Virus record (IMG/VR): IMGVR_UViG_3300028410_000746
DNA length: 64,000 bases
Source of the DNA: a virus
Lineage: Duplodnaviria > Caudoviricetes
Strand: one strand, 5' to 3'
The notes below the pieces were generated by a model. That model had not been told where the DNA came from. It was given only the letters and a program-made list of their open reading frames with translations, and did not search any database. This document shows positions 9,227 to 18,093 of the stretch, in pieces. Made by a program: the position numbers and the translations under genes. The stretch's first letter is position 1. Each line of letters starts with the position of its first letter.

Positions 9227-9466
9227 CTAGAATACCGTCGGCGGGTCTCCACTCGCACGAAATCCGACACGAGCAGCCCCAAGTTCAGGCTCCCAAAGAC
9301 CACGGTAGCTGCCTGCGAGACGAAGGCGTCCTTGGTGTACACGTAGCTGGCTGACGTCGTACGACGTCCAAGAACACGCCGACGCAAAGACGAGCGCTTG
9401 AGCGTGTACCTCAAACGCTGACGCATCCATGCCGAAAGCGTAACCCCCCCCTTGCGCTCTTCCCAC
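9227..9466 (-). CDS. Hypothetical protein
   Basis: In frame directly after the TAG of the upstream gene; ends in TAG. Confidence 0.35.
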   Translation of the reverse strand: MGRAQGGGYAFGMDASAFEVHAQALVFASACSWTSYDVSQLRVHQGRLRLAGSYRGLWEPELGAARVGFRASGDPPTVF

Positions 9467-9961
9467 CTACTCATCGTCAGTCTCCGAGGGGGCATGTTCG
9501 GCACACCGTCGACTGAACCAGCTACCCTCATAGACACCCTCGGCGCCCATCTTACCACAGACCTGACAGGTGACGTGACTCACACGCTCCGCAAGGTCCA
9601 CGTAGTGGTCTACCTTGTTAGGCCCATTCATGGTGTAGAACCGCAGCTCGCCCCACTTCTCCTTGACCTGCATGACCACGAAGCCCTCGAAGGGATCGGT
9701 GGGGTACTGCGCAAAGTAGCGCTCAATCCACTCGCAGTCTGCAAGCTCTCCCACGGTGGTGACCCCTTGTTTGACGAAGAGATCGTCGCGGATGTCACAC
9801 ACCTCCGGCCACCTCTTGGCAGCGTGCGAGATCTGATCCAGCAAGGCCTCCACGAGAGGCTCCCAGCCCTCGGGGACGCTGAAGTCAAACGCATCTTTGA
9901 GAAAGGCATGTTTTGCGAACATGCGCTCCCACCACTTCTTCTCTTCTGAACTGTCACTCAT
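9467..9961 (-). CDS. Conserved phage hypothetical protein (QVKEKWGELRFY...CQVCG family)
   Basis: Family motif as recalled; RBS GGAG; true start MSDSSE, the longer track ORF reads through CRISPR array 1. Confidence 0.65.
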   Translation of the reverse strand: MSDSSEEKKWWERMFAKHAFLKDAFDFSVPEGWEPLVEALLDQISHAAKRWPEVCDIRDDLFVKQGVTTVGELADCEWIERYFAQYPTDPFEGFVVMQVKEKWGELRFYTMNGPNKVDHYVDLAERVSHVTCQVCGKMGAEGVYEGSWFSRRCAEHAPSETDDE

Positions 9962-9978
9962 GGTCAAACTCCAGGGTG

Positions 9979-10068
9979 GGGGACATCCCCGCTCGCGCGG
10001 GGAACACCGCAGGTAGTGGGCCTCGTCGCAGATGATGACCGGAACATCCCCGCTCGCGCGGGGAACAC
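9979..10068 (-). CRISPR. Type I-E mini-array 1 (2 repeats, 1 spacer)
   Basis: 29-nt repeats GTGTTCCCCGCGCGAGCGGGGATGT(T/C)CC(G/C) at 10040-10068 and 9979-10007; 32-nt spacer; AT-richer leader to the right. Confidence 0.9.
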
Positions 10069-10345
10069 TCTTCAAATGTTCAGTATACCTAACTCCTTGA
10101 TTCATAAGAGGAATCCTGTTGGCATAGGGTGCGTCGGTTTACTTTACCAAATCGTACCCTGTGGTACAAGCTCCCAAGAGCGACTAAGCGGACCTTACTA
10201 CAAGCTCTCTCCGGCTGTCAAGAGGTTTGCAGCTCTTTCCACATGCGGTACATGTGGGCGCGGATGCGGTCATAAGAGTCCGTGTCGCCTTTTTGAGCGA
10301 TGCCGCGACCCTGGAGCGTGAGGAACACCTCTCCAAAAGCCTCAT

Positions 10346-10498
10346 GGGGACATCCCCGCGTACACGGGGAAGGGGTCCAGGTCAGGCACACGGGCCGTAC
10401 GGGAGTGGGGACATCCCCGCGTACACGGGGAAGGGTGCTACTAGACTCCGGGGTGCATGGCGGTGCGCAGGGGACATCCCCGCGTACACGGGGAAGGG
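10346..10498 (-). CRISPR. Type I-E-like array 2 (3 repeats, 2 spacers)
   Basis: Repeat CCCTTCCCCGTGTACGCGGGGATGTCCCC at 10346, 10407 and 10470; spacers 32 and 34 nt. The G-U in the stem supports minus-strand transcription. Confidence 0.92.
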
Positions 10499-10640
10499 TC
10501 TGTGCCAAGAAGTCACAGGGTAGGGAACACGTAAGTATTCGGTTTTCAAAGACTTTCAGGGTTCAGTGTCAAAGAGCGTCACCCTTGGGCGACCTCTCCG
10601 ACGTCCTTATGGTAACCACACCTAAGAGGGCCTGTCAAGC
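10499..10640 (-). promoter_or_regulatory. CRISPR leader with sigma70 promoter (leader copy 1)
   Basis: TTGACA-N18-TACCAT; highly similar to 39984-40125 and 44025-44165. Confidence 0.8.
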
Positions 10641-11171
10641 GCCGCGCAACGGTCGAAACGTCAAGTTGATGCGAGGCTCAGAGACACGGGCACGCTTGGG
10701 GAGGCTGTGCTCCCACTCGCGCTGAGTCCCCGCAGGCATGACGAGAAGGCTGCCGTCCGTGAGCGCGAAGGAGAGCTTCTCCTTGTGGTCCACCTTGCGG
10801 CGCATCTTGAAGTCTCGGGCAGCTCCAAACGACAGGGAGGCGATCACCGGGTCATCCCCGAACAGCGGCTCATCGTCCGCGTGCCAGCCAATGCGGTCCG
10901 AGCCGTCCCGGTAGAGGTTGGCCAGCATCGTGGGGAGCTTGCAACCCACATGAGCCTCGACCTTCTCCTGGAGCGACTTGAGGAGAGCAGAAGGAAGCTC
11001 CCGAGCCCCCCACTGTAGGTTGGAGTACGTGTAAGAGACCGGACCGTACCACGCAGTCAAGCGAGGCTGTGGGTGCTCTTTGCCGTAGACCACAATCATG
11101 CGCTGTTCAAAGGCGAGCAGACTGCGCAGCTCCTCGAAATCCATCTCCACGAACTGCTCTATCAATTCCAT
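10635..11171 (-). CDS. alkB: 2OG-Fe(II) dioxygenase, AlkB (ALKBH2/3-like) family
   Basis: QPRLTAWYG, LANLYRDGSDRIGWHADDE, IASLSFG, WEHSLPK, RINLTFR. Confidence 0.92.
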   Translation of the reverse strand: MELIEQFVEMDFEELRSLLAFEQRMIVVYGKEHPQPRLTAWYGPVSYTYSNLQWGARELPSALLKSLQEKVEAHVGCKLPTMLANLYRDGSDRIGWHADDEPLFGDDPVIASLSFGAARDFKMRRKVDHKEKLSFALTDGSLLVMPAGTQREWEHSLPKRARVSEPRINLTFRPLRGA

Positions 11172-11227
11172 CACGGTGCTCCAGGGCAAAGGGTGATGAG
11201 CTACCCTAGCCCGAAGAGAGCGTAAAG

Positions 11228-11602
11228 TCAACCGGCAGACAGCACCAAGCGCCAGATCGTCCACGCACACAGGAGGTGGTACGTGTTGTCGACGATGATC
11301 ACGGACCACGGCCCCATGTTGTCACGGAACCCCGTCTGACCTGCCTTACCCATCCAGGCGGCGGCGAGACGGTAGCGGTCGACCGGGTAGTGCGTGGCCC
11401 AAATGGCAGCGTAGGCCCACCACGGCCAGACATCCCCCATGACCCAGGTGAAGCAGACAAACATCAACGTATAGAGCGTCACATGCACCAGACACGCTGC
11501 CGTGCCCTCCCAGGTACGTGCGCTCTTGTTCTGCGCCATCCAGTCGTTCTGGTAGACGTAATCACCCACGAGGTGAACCAGAATAAGAGTACCCATATCC
11601 AT
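11228..11602 (-). CDS. DUF3307-like membrane protein
   Basis: HLVGDYVYQNDWMAQNK..H..THYPVD..DNTYH. Confidence 0.75.
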   Translation of the reverse strand: MDMGTLILVHLVGDYVYQNDWMAQNKSARTWEGTAACLVHVTLYTLMFVCFTWVMGDVWPWWAYAAIWATHYPVDRYRLAAAWMGKAGQTGFRDNMGPWSVIIVDNTYHLLCAWTIWRLVLSAG

Positions 11603-11880
11603 TACCGAACCTTCGCTTTGGAGGTCTCAAGCACGTACAGCGCCTGAAACAGTGATGTCCCGCCCGCTGTCTCTGGCCCACCCAGAGGACCGGGGTATAC
11701 CACGTCACCACTCTTCGCGTCCAACACAGCGAAGAAATTCTTCCACTGGATGGGAGATACGGGACCCGGCTTCTTGGGAGTTCCCCACTCGCAACGGTAA
11801 TACGGGGTTCCATCCTGGAGGGTGCCTGCACGCGAGGCTGTGAAGCCGTCGTCGCGATGGAAGGTAAAGGGGTAGACCAT
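11602..11880 (-). CDS. Hypothetical protein
   Basis: Tiles operon. Confidence 0.5.
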   Translation of the reverse strand: MVYPFTFHRDDGFTASRAGTLQDGTPYYRCEWGTPKKPGPVSPIQWKNFFAVLDAKSGDVVYPGPLGGPETAGGTSLFQALYVLETSKAKVR

Positions 11881-11982
11881 CTAACTCTCGCAAGGTATGA
11901 GGTATGGGCGCTCGGGAGGCTTACTTCCCGCTCTTGGGCATGGTCACCTTGATCGTCCACACCGGAGGCTTGCCGTTACGAT

Positions 11983-12011
11983 AGGGACATCCCCGCGCGT
12001 GCGGGGAAGGG
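11983..12011 (-). CRISPR. Solitary type I-E repeat
   Basis: CCCTTCCCCGCACGCGCGGGGATGTCCCT; no second repeat one spacer away on either side. Confidence 0.8.
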
Positions 12012-12016
12012 CCGGG

Positions 12017-12055
12017 CGCATCGACAATGCTACCACACCCTGAAAGGGGCGTCAA
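12017..12055 (-). promoter_or_regulatory. Sigma70 promoter directly upstream of the solitary repeat
   Basis: TTGACG-N17(ends TGTGG)-TAGCAT, about 16 nt before the repeat. Confidence 0.7.
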
Positions 12056-12060
12056 GTCCC

Positions 12061-13647
12061 TCACTCCACGGGTCCCAGGATCTCCTGGACGGTACCGAAG
12101 TTGGTGACGAGGAAGCGCACGGGGGCTCCTACCGTGTACCGTTGGAACTCCCCGTAGTCAACGGTGAGGGTCTGCGAGTACGGCGTATCACCCTCCTGGA
12201 ACCCCAGAGTAAGCTCATAACGCGCCGTGCGGCGTTCGCGCTCCAGCGGCCCCAGTGACCCCTTGGGCCAGCGAGCCGGTCTCTTGGTTCCTGCGGAGTT
12301 ATGACGGTCGGAGTCGATCCAGCGTTGCGTGGCGTAGCTGCACCACTGCTGCGGGATGGAGCGCTCGCAGATCTTGTCCACGGTATCGGAGCTGTGAATG
12401 GCCACCTGCTTCGAGCGCGTACACGTGTCAGGCACGCTGTCATAGACCGTACGCGAGCAGGTTGAAGAGACACTACGGGAGCAGTATCTGGGGGAGCAGG
12501 AGCGCGACGCGCTGCCCTTGCTCGTGCGGGACGTAGAGCACGTCTCGCCGCACTGATAGGACTCCGACTTGGAGCATGAATAGCTCTCCTGTCGAGACAC
12601 CTTCTTGGTGCACGAGTAGCTCTCCGTCTCCGTCCTCATGTGCGTACACGACACCTGCTTGGTCCCACACACGTAGTCCTGGTAATGGTGGTGCTTCATG
12701 CGACAGGACTGCACGCGAACTCCCGCGCGCGCGCCTGAGCCGTTGACGGGCTTGACCTCTCTCCGCTCGCTCAGACTCATCTGCCAGTCTTCGTCGACTA
12801 CAGGCGTCCACCGCTGCTCCTGGATCACCCTCTCCCAATGCAGCGACTCCACCTCTCCCGTGACCTCATGGGTCTGGAAGCCCCAAACGGTCGTACCCAG
12901 GACAAGCCCGAGGACACTGATCGCAGCCCCGCCGCCCTTCTGCTTCGGGCTCATGGATGAAAGGCGGGCCAGCTTGGGGACCTTTGGCGGGGAGTCCTCG
13001 GACGGCATACCCGACGTATCCTCGGAGGCCTTCTTGACAGGCTCTTCCTCCTCCAGGAACGCGTTCTCGGAGATCACCGAGCTGGGAAGGTCCTCGTCGC
13101 TCCATTTTGGGCGCGCGACATGACCCTGTGACTGCATCTCTTCTTTGAACGCCGAACGGCCCTTGTTGGCCGCTTCGAGCTGGTCCTCGTGCTTCGCGTC
13201 CGCGTCAAAGGAGAGGCCGTGTGCTGCACGCATACCCGCGAAGGCGCCGAACTGCTCCACGAGGTCCGCTGCGACACCCTGTTCGCCGTCCATGTAGGCC
13301 TGGAATGTACGGTAGTCGAGAGCCTCACGAAGCTGCTCATCCGAAGCACCGCGAGGCGCTGCGCAGTGGTGACACTCCGTCTCATCCCCGTAGTTGTCCC
13401 CCGTGCAGTTCGTACAGAACCAGCTCGCGCCAACGTCTGCGAACCGTGCCGTGTCTTCTTGGGTCCACGCGCGCTCTTCATGACCATGACTGGCCCACGA
13501 CTCGTCATCGCCAGGGAGATACGCCCCATCAAACTCTTCAAAGGTCCGGGCATGCGCGCACTCGGGGCATGTGCGATGGCGAGGACTACACGGGATACCC
13601 ACATGTCCGCAATCCGAACAGTCCCACATCAACCAGTAGTCACTCAT
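12061..13647 (-). CDS. Membrane-anchored protein with N-terminal Zn ribbons and a Cys-rich C-terminal domain
   Basis: WDCSDC/CPEC/WFCTNC..CHHC; one TM segment; Cys-rich tract. Confidence 0.7.
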   Translation of the reverse strand: MSDYWLMWDCSDCGHVGIPCSPRHRTCPECAHARTFEEFDGAYLPGDDESWASHGHEERAWTQEDTARFADVGASWFCTNCTGDNYGDETECHHCAAPRGASDEQLREALDYRTFQAYMDGEQGVAADLVEQFGAFAGMRAAHGLSFDADAKHEDQLEAANKGRSAFKEEMQSQGHVARPKWSDEDLPSSVISENAFLEEEEPVKKASEDTSGMPSEDSPPKVPKLARLSSMSPKQKGGGAAISVLGLVLGTTVWGFQTHEVTGEVESLHWERVIQEQRWTPVVDEDWQMSLSERREVKPVNGSGARAGVRVQSCRMKHHHYQDYVCGTKQVSCTHMRTETESYSCTKKVSRQESYSCSKSESYQCGETCSTSRTSKGSASRSCSPRYCSRSVSSTCSRTVYDSVPDTCTRSKQVAIHSSDTVDKICERSIPQQWCSYATQRWIDSDRHNSAGTKRPARWPKGSLGPLERERRTARYELTLGFQEGDTPYSQTLTVDYGEFQRYTVGAPVRFLVTNFGTVQEILGPVE

Positions 13648-13674
13648 AGCTCTACTCCTATTCTTCAAGGGGCC

Positions 13675-13968
13675 TCAGCTCTCCTCAACGATCTCCAGGA
13701 GCCGCGAGACCACCATGTCTTGGTTAGCCTGGAGCCACTCGACGACCGCCTCATGGTTACGGTCCAGGCTCGGCAGATCGTTACTCACACGGCGCGCGTT
13801 GACCGCGTACTCCATCTCATATGTGAGGTCAGTGAGAGCGGAACCCTCCAGAGTTCCGTCGAGCTTCGTGGCAGCGTTGAGATCCTCCAGGGTCTCCAAC
13901 GCCGTGTCCCAAAAGCAGTGGTAGAAGTGGTCCGTGTTCGAGAAAAGAGCCTGCATCGCGTCGTACAT
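13675..13968 (-). CDS. Hypothetical protein
   Basis: Behind a promoter copy at about 14010-14045. Confidence 0.55.
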   Translation of the reverse strand: MYDAMQALFSNTDHFYHCFWDTALETLEDLNAATKLDGTLEGSALTDLTYEMEYAVNARRVSNDLPSLDRNHEAVVEWLQANQDMVVSRLLEIVEES

Positions 13969-14049
13969 GTTTTATACCTCTGTTCGGTGTGTCTGTGTTG
14001 TCTTACACACATCATATAACACAAGGAGTAGGGGGTCGTAAAAAGAAAG

Positions 14050-14754
14050 TTACCACGCGGCTTCCTCATGTGAGAGGACGATCTCCCACACCACGGACAC
14101 ATCCACACACCCAGGTACGAGCCTCCAACCCCCTGTGATCTGCTCCACGATGCCTTCCTCCTCAAAGACCTCCAGACAACACACCTGACCGTACAGCTCC
14201 GTGACGTCGAAGCACCACGCCAAACGAAAGGCCGCCAAAGCGTAGGGGACCCACACGGCACAATCAACGATCCCAGCCGTCAAGAGGTCGCGTACGCCGG
14301 TCCCCACGAGGATATGCCCGTCGTCGGTCTCCCAGGGGCCGTGATCGAGGTAGTGATCTCGGATGTTCTGTTTGATTTGTGCGTCGACCTCCAGCCCCTC
14401 GCGAGGCTGGGGAGGCAAGCGCTCGTAGCTATGGGAGAGCACGAAGACCGGCAAGAGCTGGGCGATGGGGTCCTGACGCGTGTTCAGAGCGGGGGGTCGA
14501 CATCCCCTCGCCAGGATATGCTCGGTGAGGGTGGGAGCATTGAGCCTGTACCACTCCTTTCCGCCTTGAGCGCTCCACGGGTCCAGGAGCTTGTGCATGC
14601 GCTGCTCTTGCTCGAAGCTACCCGGCCAGCTCCCCACCAAGTGAAGACGCTCCACGTTCGAGCCTTGCATCTCAAGGCGCCGGTGCTCCCCCGAGCGACG
14701 CGTGTACCCGACCTTGTAGCCGTCGGTGGTCCCCGCTCTCAACAGATATATCAT
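14050..14754 (-). CDS. GIY-YIG (T5orf172/MUG113-like) domain protein
   Basis: IYLLRAG..YKVGYT..RRLEMQGSN..EQRMHKLL..KEWYRL. Confidence 0.75.
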   Translation of the reverse strand: MIYLLRAGTTDGYKVGYTRRSGEHRRLEMQGSNVERLHLVGSWPGSFEQEQRMHKLLDPWSAQGGKEWYRLNAPTLTEHILARGCRPPALNTRQDPIAQLLPVFVLSHSYERLPPQPREGLEVDAQIKQNIRDHYLDHGPWETDDGHILVGTGVRDLLTAGIVDCAVWVPYALAAFRLAWCFDVTELYGQVCCLEVFEEEGIVEQITGGWRLVPGCVDVSVVWEIVLSHEEAAW

Positions 14755-14823
14755 GACACCGTTCGCTGCGTGTGATCTGGTAACAGACCACGATAACCCC
14801 CGCACCGTACCGTGTCAAAGGTC

Positions 14824-15594
14824 TCAGCGGTAGAGCTTGAGCTTCCCGGTGATAGGGTCAAGGTCCTCCGCGTACTCCGGACCTATCGCCAAGGCCGTCG
14901 TCTGCGCGCCCGCAAAGATCGTCCGACCCTCATCGACCACGAGAGCGGTACGCAGGCCTGCCTCCTGTGCGGCAGCGTACAGCGCGAGCATCTCCGACTC
15001 GCTGTCAACTCCCAACACGATCTTGACGTGAGAGCCCTTGCTCCACGCGAGGTCGAGCGGTCTCATCTTCAGCGTCAGGTCTCCAGGTCCCGATGTGAGG
15101 GCCTCGCCCATGAACGCCTTGAGGCTGGCATGAGCAGCCTGCGCCGCTGCCTTGCCTGCGGGCATCTTGAGGTCGGTCCGTAGAATGATCACTTGCTTGG
15201 GCTCTCTCATCTCCATCACCTTGGTCTGTAGGGGGTTGAGCTGTAGGAGGTAGCGTTCTGCCTCCCGCGTATGCGTACACACGGTGGCTACGATCTTGGC
15301 CGGACGAAGCAGCGAAGCGTAAGCCATACCGTCAGCCGGATCAGTCGTCTCCTCCCAGGAGGACTCCAACTCCACCGCGTAGACGCCCGAGCCCACCCAG
15401 ACACCACTCTCCGTCAAGAGCACCGCCCCGCCTGAGCGAATATAGAAGGACAGCACATCATAGAGAGTCTTCCAGACGGTCCCCTCCACGTCCTTGTAGA
15501 TCGAGACGTCTCTCCACTTCTCGTAGGTCTGGAGGTTCCCGACCGTGTATGCGCGCGTGCCGGGGAGAGTCGGCACATCTTTGGACCAGCTCAT
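14824..15594 (-). CDS. pth2: Peptidyl-tRNA hydrolase Pth2 with an N-terminal extension (or an internal start)
   Basis: KQVIILRTDLKMPAGKAAAQAAHAS..VKIVL..VVDEGRT..TALAIGP..LDPITGKLKL. Confidence 0.88.
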   Translation of the reverse strand: MSWSKDVPTLPGTRAYTVGNLQTYEKWRDVSIYKDVEGTVWKTLYDVLSFYIRSGGAVLLTESGVWVGSGVYAVELESSWEETTDPADGMAYASLLRPAKIVATVCTHTREAERYLLQLNPLQTKVMEMREPKQVIILRTDLKMPAGKAAAQAAHASLKAFMGEALTSGPGDLTLKMRPLDLAWSKGSHVKIVLGVDSESEMLALYAAAQEAGLRTALVVDEGRTIFAGAQTTALAIGPEYAEDLDPITGKLKLYR

Positions 15595-16301
15595 GATTCA
15601 CCCTTCGTCGACGCCCAGACGCCCCGACCCACCTTGGAGGCCTCACCCTCTTTCTCCAGCTCTCGGAGGATTCGACTCACGGAGCTGGAGACGTTCTTGT
15701 AGAGGGTGGCGTAGTGGGGTGCCTCCTTGGCCAGCTTCAAGGGCTTGACCTCTCCAGCCTCCAGGCTCGCGCGCACCCACGCACGCGTGAGCTTGTAGTG
15801 GGTGCAGTACGTATGGGCCCCGCTTGGATAACCCGCGAGCTGGTCACGGTTCTGCTCACACAACAAGAGCTTGTGCCGGTTGCGATGCTTCTTGGCATCG
15901 TCCAGACGCTCCGCTGCAACATGCTCCACGAAGTCCTTCGTCTCCGTGTCAAAGCTCATGAGGCCGTGCTTACTCCAGCGTCCGCCCTTGAACGCCGCCA
16001 CCCACTTGGCCACGGTCGCTTCTCGCGGGGTAGCCATCGTGAACCCCCACACCTCATCGGCCACGTGGTAGATGTCGAGCTTCCACACCTGGCGTCTAAG
16101 CGTCTTATCTGACCCACGCTTCATCTCGATCGCCACCACGTACTCGGGAGCGTCACAGGGCCCCGTATGCCCCACGTGGTCCACGAAGATTGATTTGCCA
16201 AACATCGCAACCTCCCCGTGCACGCATAACCCGCGCGCACGCAGGTGCGCGACCACGTACGGGGACAGCTCCAGCTCTGTTTTGGGACTCTCTTTACTCA
16301 T
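15591..16301 (-). CDS. PD-(D/E)xK-like nuclease-fold protein
   Basis: ELEL..EV..VDHV..VAIEMK motif order. Confidence 0.5.
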   Translation of the reverse strand: MSKESPKTELELSPYVVAHLRARGLCVHGEVAMFGKSIFVDHVGHTGPCDAPEYVVAIEMKRGSDKTLRRQVWKLDIYHVADEVWGFTMATPREATVAKWVAAFKGGRWSKHGLMSFDTETKDFVEHVAAERLDDAKKHRNRHKLLLCEQNRDQLAGYPSGAHTYCTHYKLTRAWVRASLEAGEVKPLKLAKEAPHYATLYKNVSSSVSRILRELEKEGEASKVGRGVWASTKGES

Positions 16302-16367
16302 GGCGACCCTCCAAGGTACTTATATCACGTGTAAGGTGGACAGGGACAGCCTAAAGGAGACCCCACC

Positions 16368-16685
16368 ATGTACCGCCGCACTTACGCATTCGCCGCTCTC
16401 CTCCTCCTCACGCTCACAGGATCGACCGCAGCCTCCGTGATCCCTCGTACCTTCGACCCCTTCGGCTGGCTGCGTCTGCAACCCGTCCAGGTCATCGAGC
16501 TACCCGAAGAGTTCATCCCCGCGAACCTCACGCCACGCTACTCCGACGTCTACCTCGAATACTGCGCGCTGCCTGCCGACTCCGAAGCCTCTTATGTGCT
16601 CACGCACACAGGAGACCTCATCCAGGGTGATCCGGACTCGTGCCCGCATGAACTCACCCCTGAAGTCATCTTCGGACCTCAGTGA
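16368..16685 (+). CDS. Hypothetical secreted protein
   Basis: Signal-peptide-like N-terminus. Confidence 0.5.
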   Translation: MYRRTYAFAALLLLTLTGSTAASVIPRTFDPFGWLRLQPVQVIELPEEFIPANLTPRYSDVYLEYCALPADSEASYVLTHTGDLIQGDPDSCPHELTPEVIFGPQ

Positions 16686-17494
16686 CATACGACCGGATCA
16701 CTGCCTTTAGGGTTGGGGCAGAACGTCTGCGCGAGCACGGGCTCCGGAGAGTATGAATCAAACCGAACGTGAAGCATCGCGCGCTCCGCCGCCGAGCGTG
16801 ATCCGTACTCTCCAAAGGCCAGATGGAAGATCTCGCCGCGCTTGAAGACGCGTGCTCCCGAGAGCATCGTCAGGCCCTCGCGCGTGGGTGCGCGCATGAG
16901 AATGAGGATCCACCATGCCGTAGCATAGTCGTCAACGGCCCTGGATTGAGCTGCAAGCGTCTTGGGCTTCCCGGACGGAGCGGTAGCCGCGCGAGCCACT
17001 TGAACCGCTCTCGCGGAATATTCGGGGGCCTCCTCGCCTCGATCTGCTCCAGGGTCCTCAGCCCGGTCCCCGGATGGGAGAGGAGGAGCCGACATCATGG
17101 GAGCATACTCAAAGATCTCGTGATCCAGAACATCCCCGTAGCTGTCCGCCTCAAGCGCAGCCACCTCGCTTTGCTTGGCAGACTTCGCTCGTTCGATCAC
17201 CCAGGCGGCTTCGTCCGGGTAGAGGACCGTGAGCATGGTCACCGCATAGGTCACCCGCGCCGGGTCTTCATCGAGCAAGGGGGGGATGTAGGCCTTGAAG
17301 TCCGCGTTGCGGTCCGCCATGCGCGCGTTGTCGAACTCCTGTCTCTTCAGCTCGGCTTGCCGCTCCGCCTTGATCGTCTCCTGCTGCACCGCGTAAACGT
17401 GGGCCGCGTAGCTCGTGACCAAAGGTAGCAGCATGGACAGGACACCCACGAGAGCTGTCTTTGCCCGACTCCAGCCTGTTGTACTCTCCGCCAT
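16679..17494 (-). CDS. Membrane protein with a possible C-terminal SPOR-like domain
   Basis: TM helix, coiled coil, FHLAFGEYGSRSAAERAM. Confidence 0.5.
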   Translation of the reverse strand: MAESTTGWSRAKTALVGVLSMLLPLVTSYAAHVYAVQQETIKAERQAELKRQEFDNARMADRNADFKAYIPPLLDEDPARVTYAVTMLTVLYPDEAAWVIERAKSAKQSEVAALEADSYGDVLDHEIFEYAPMMSAPPLPSGDRAEDPGADRGEEAPEYSARAVQVARAATAPSGKPKTLAAQSRAVDDYATAWWILILMRAPTREGLTMLSGARVFKRGEIFHLAFGEYGSRSAAERAMLHVRFDSYSPEPVLAQTFCPNPKGSDPVVCH

Positions 17495-17542
17495 CGTGAT
17501 CCTCGTCTCGTATTGGTAGTACCCATACACGAGAACAAAACA

Positions 17543-18091
17543 TCATCGCGTCCACAACCGCTCAAGCAACGCCGCCATGTCCGCATCGTTCATACTCCCC
17601 TCACCTGGACCCCTCTCACCCGGTAGAGCCCAATCTCTTGTAGGGTCACCCGGCATAGAGCCGTACATCTGGGCCAGCGCGTCCGCCACGACATTCACAG
17701 AAGACGGTGTAAGTGAAGGATCACGACTCCTGCGTTGTGCAGGGGCATCCCGTCCGGTAGAGGCATCGTCATCTTGCAGGAGCCTTCGATCCAAGGCCTG
17801 GAAATGGGAAAGCCAATGTGCTGATACGACCGCCCCAAAGAGCGCCCAATCGGCCTGCTCCAGAGCCCACCTCATCTGACCACCGGAGCGACGTAGCCCG
17901 AGGATACCGTTGGCACGCTCAAGGGTGGTGCACATTCTGAGTAAGGGGTCTCGTAGGAGAGGGTTCAACCCCCTCAATGGCTCAAGCTCAATACACTCCA
18001 GGCCCCCCATCAACGCCATCACCTGTTGGGGCAGAGACGGGTGGCGTTGTACGAAGCGCATAGCCACCAAGGCATTAGACTGTTGCAGCAT
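17543..18091 (-). CDS. Hypothetical protein
   Basis: Tiles operon. Confidence 0.5.
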   Translation of the reverse strand: MLQQSNALVAMRFVQRHPSLPQQVMALMGGLECIELEPLRGLNPLLRDPLLRMCTTLERANGILGLRRSGGQMRWALEQADWALFGAVVSAHWLSHFQALDRRLLQDDDASTGRDAPAQRRSRDPSLTPSSVNVVADALAQMYGSMPGDPTRDWALPGERGPGEGSMNDADMAALLERLWTR

Positions 18092-18093
18092 GC

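Noticed and set aside
10008-10039. Spacer targeting host cas3
   Set aside because: DEAHYL resembles SNF2-type helicases more than the Cas3 DE(V/A)HAY motif. It cannot be excluded without a search.
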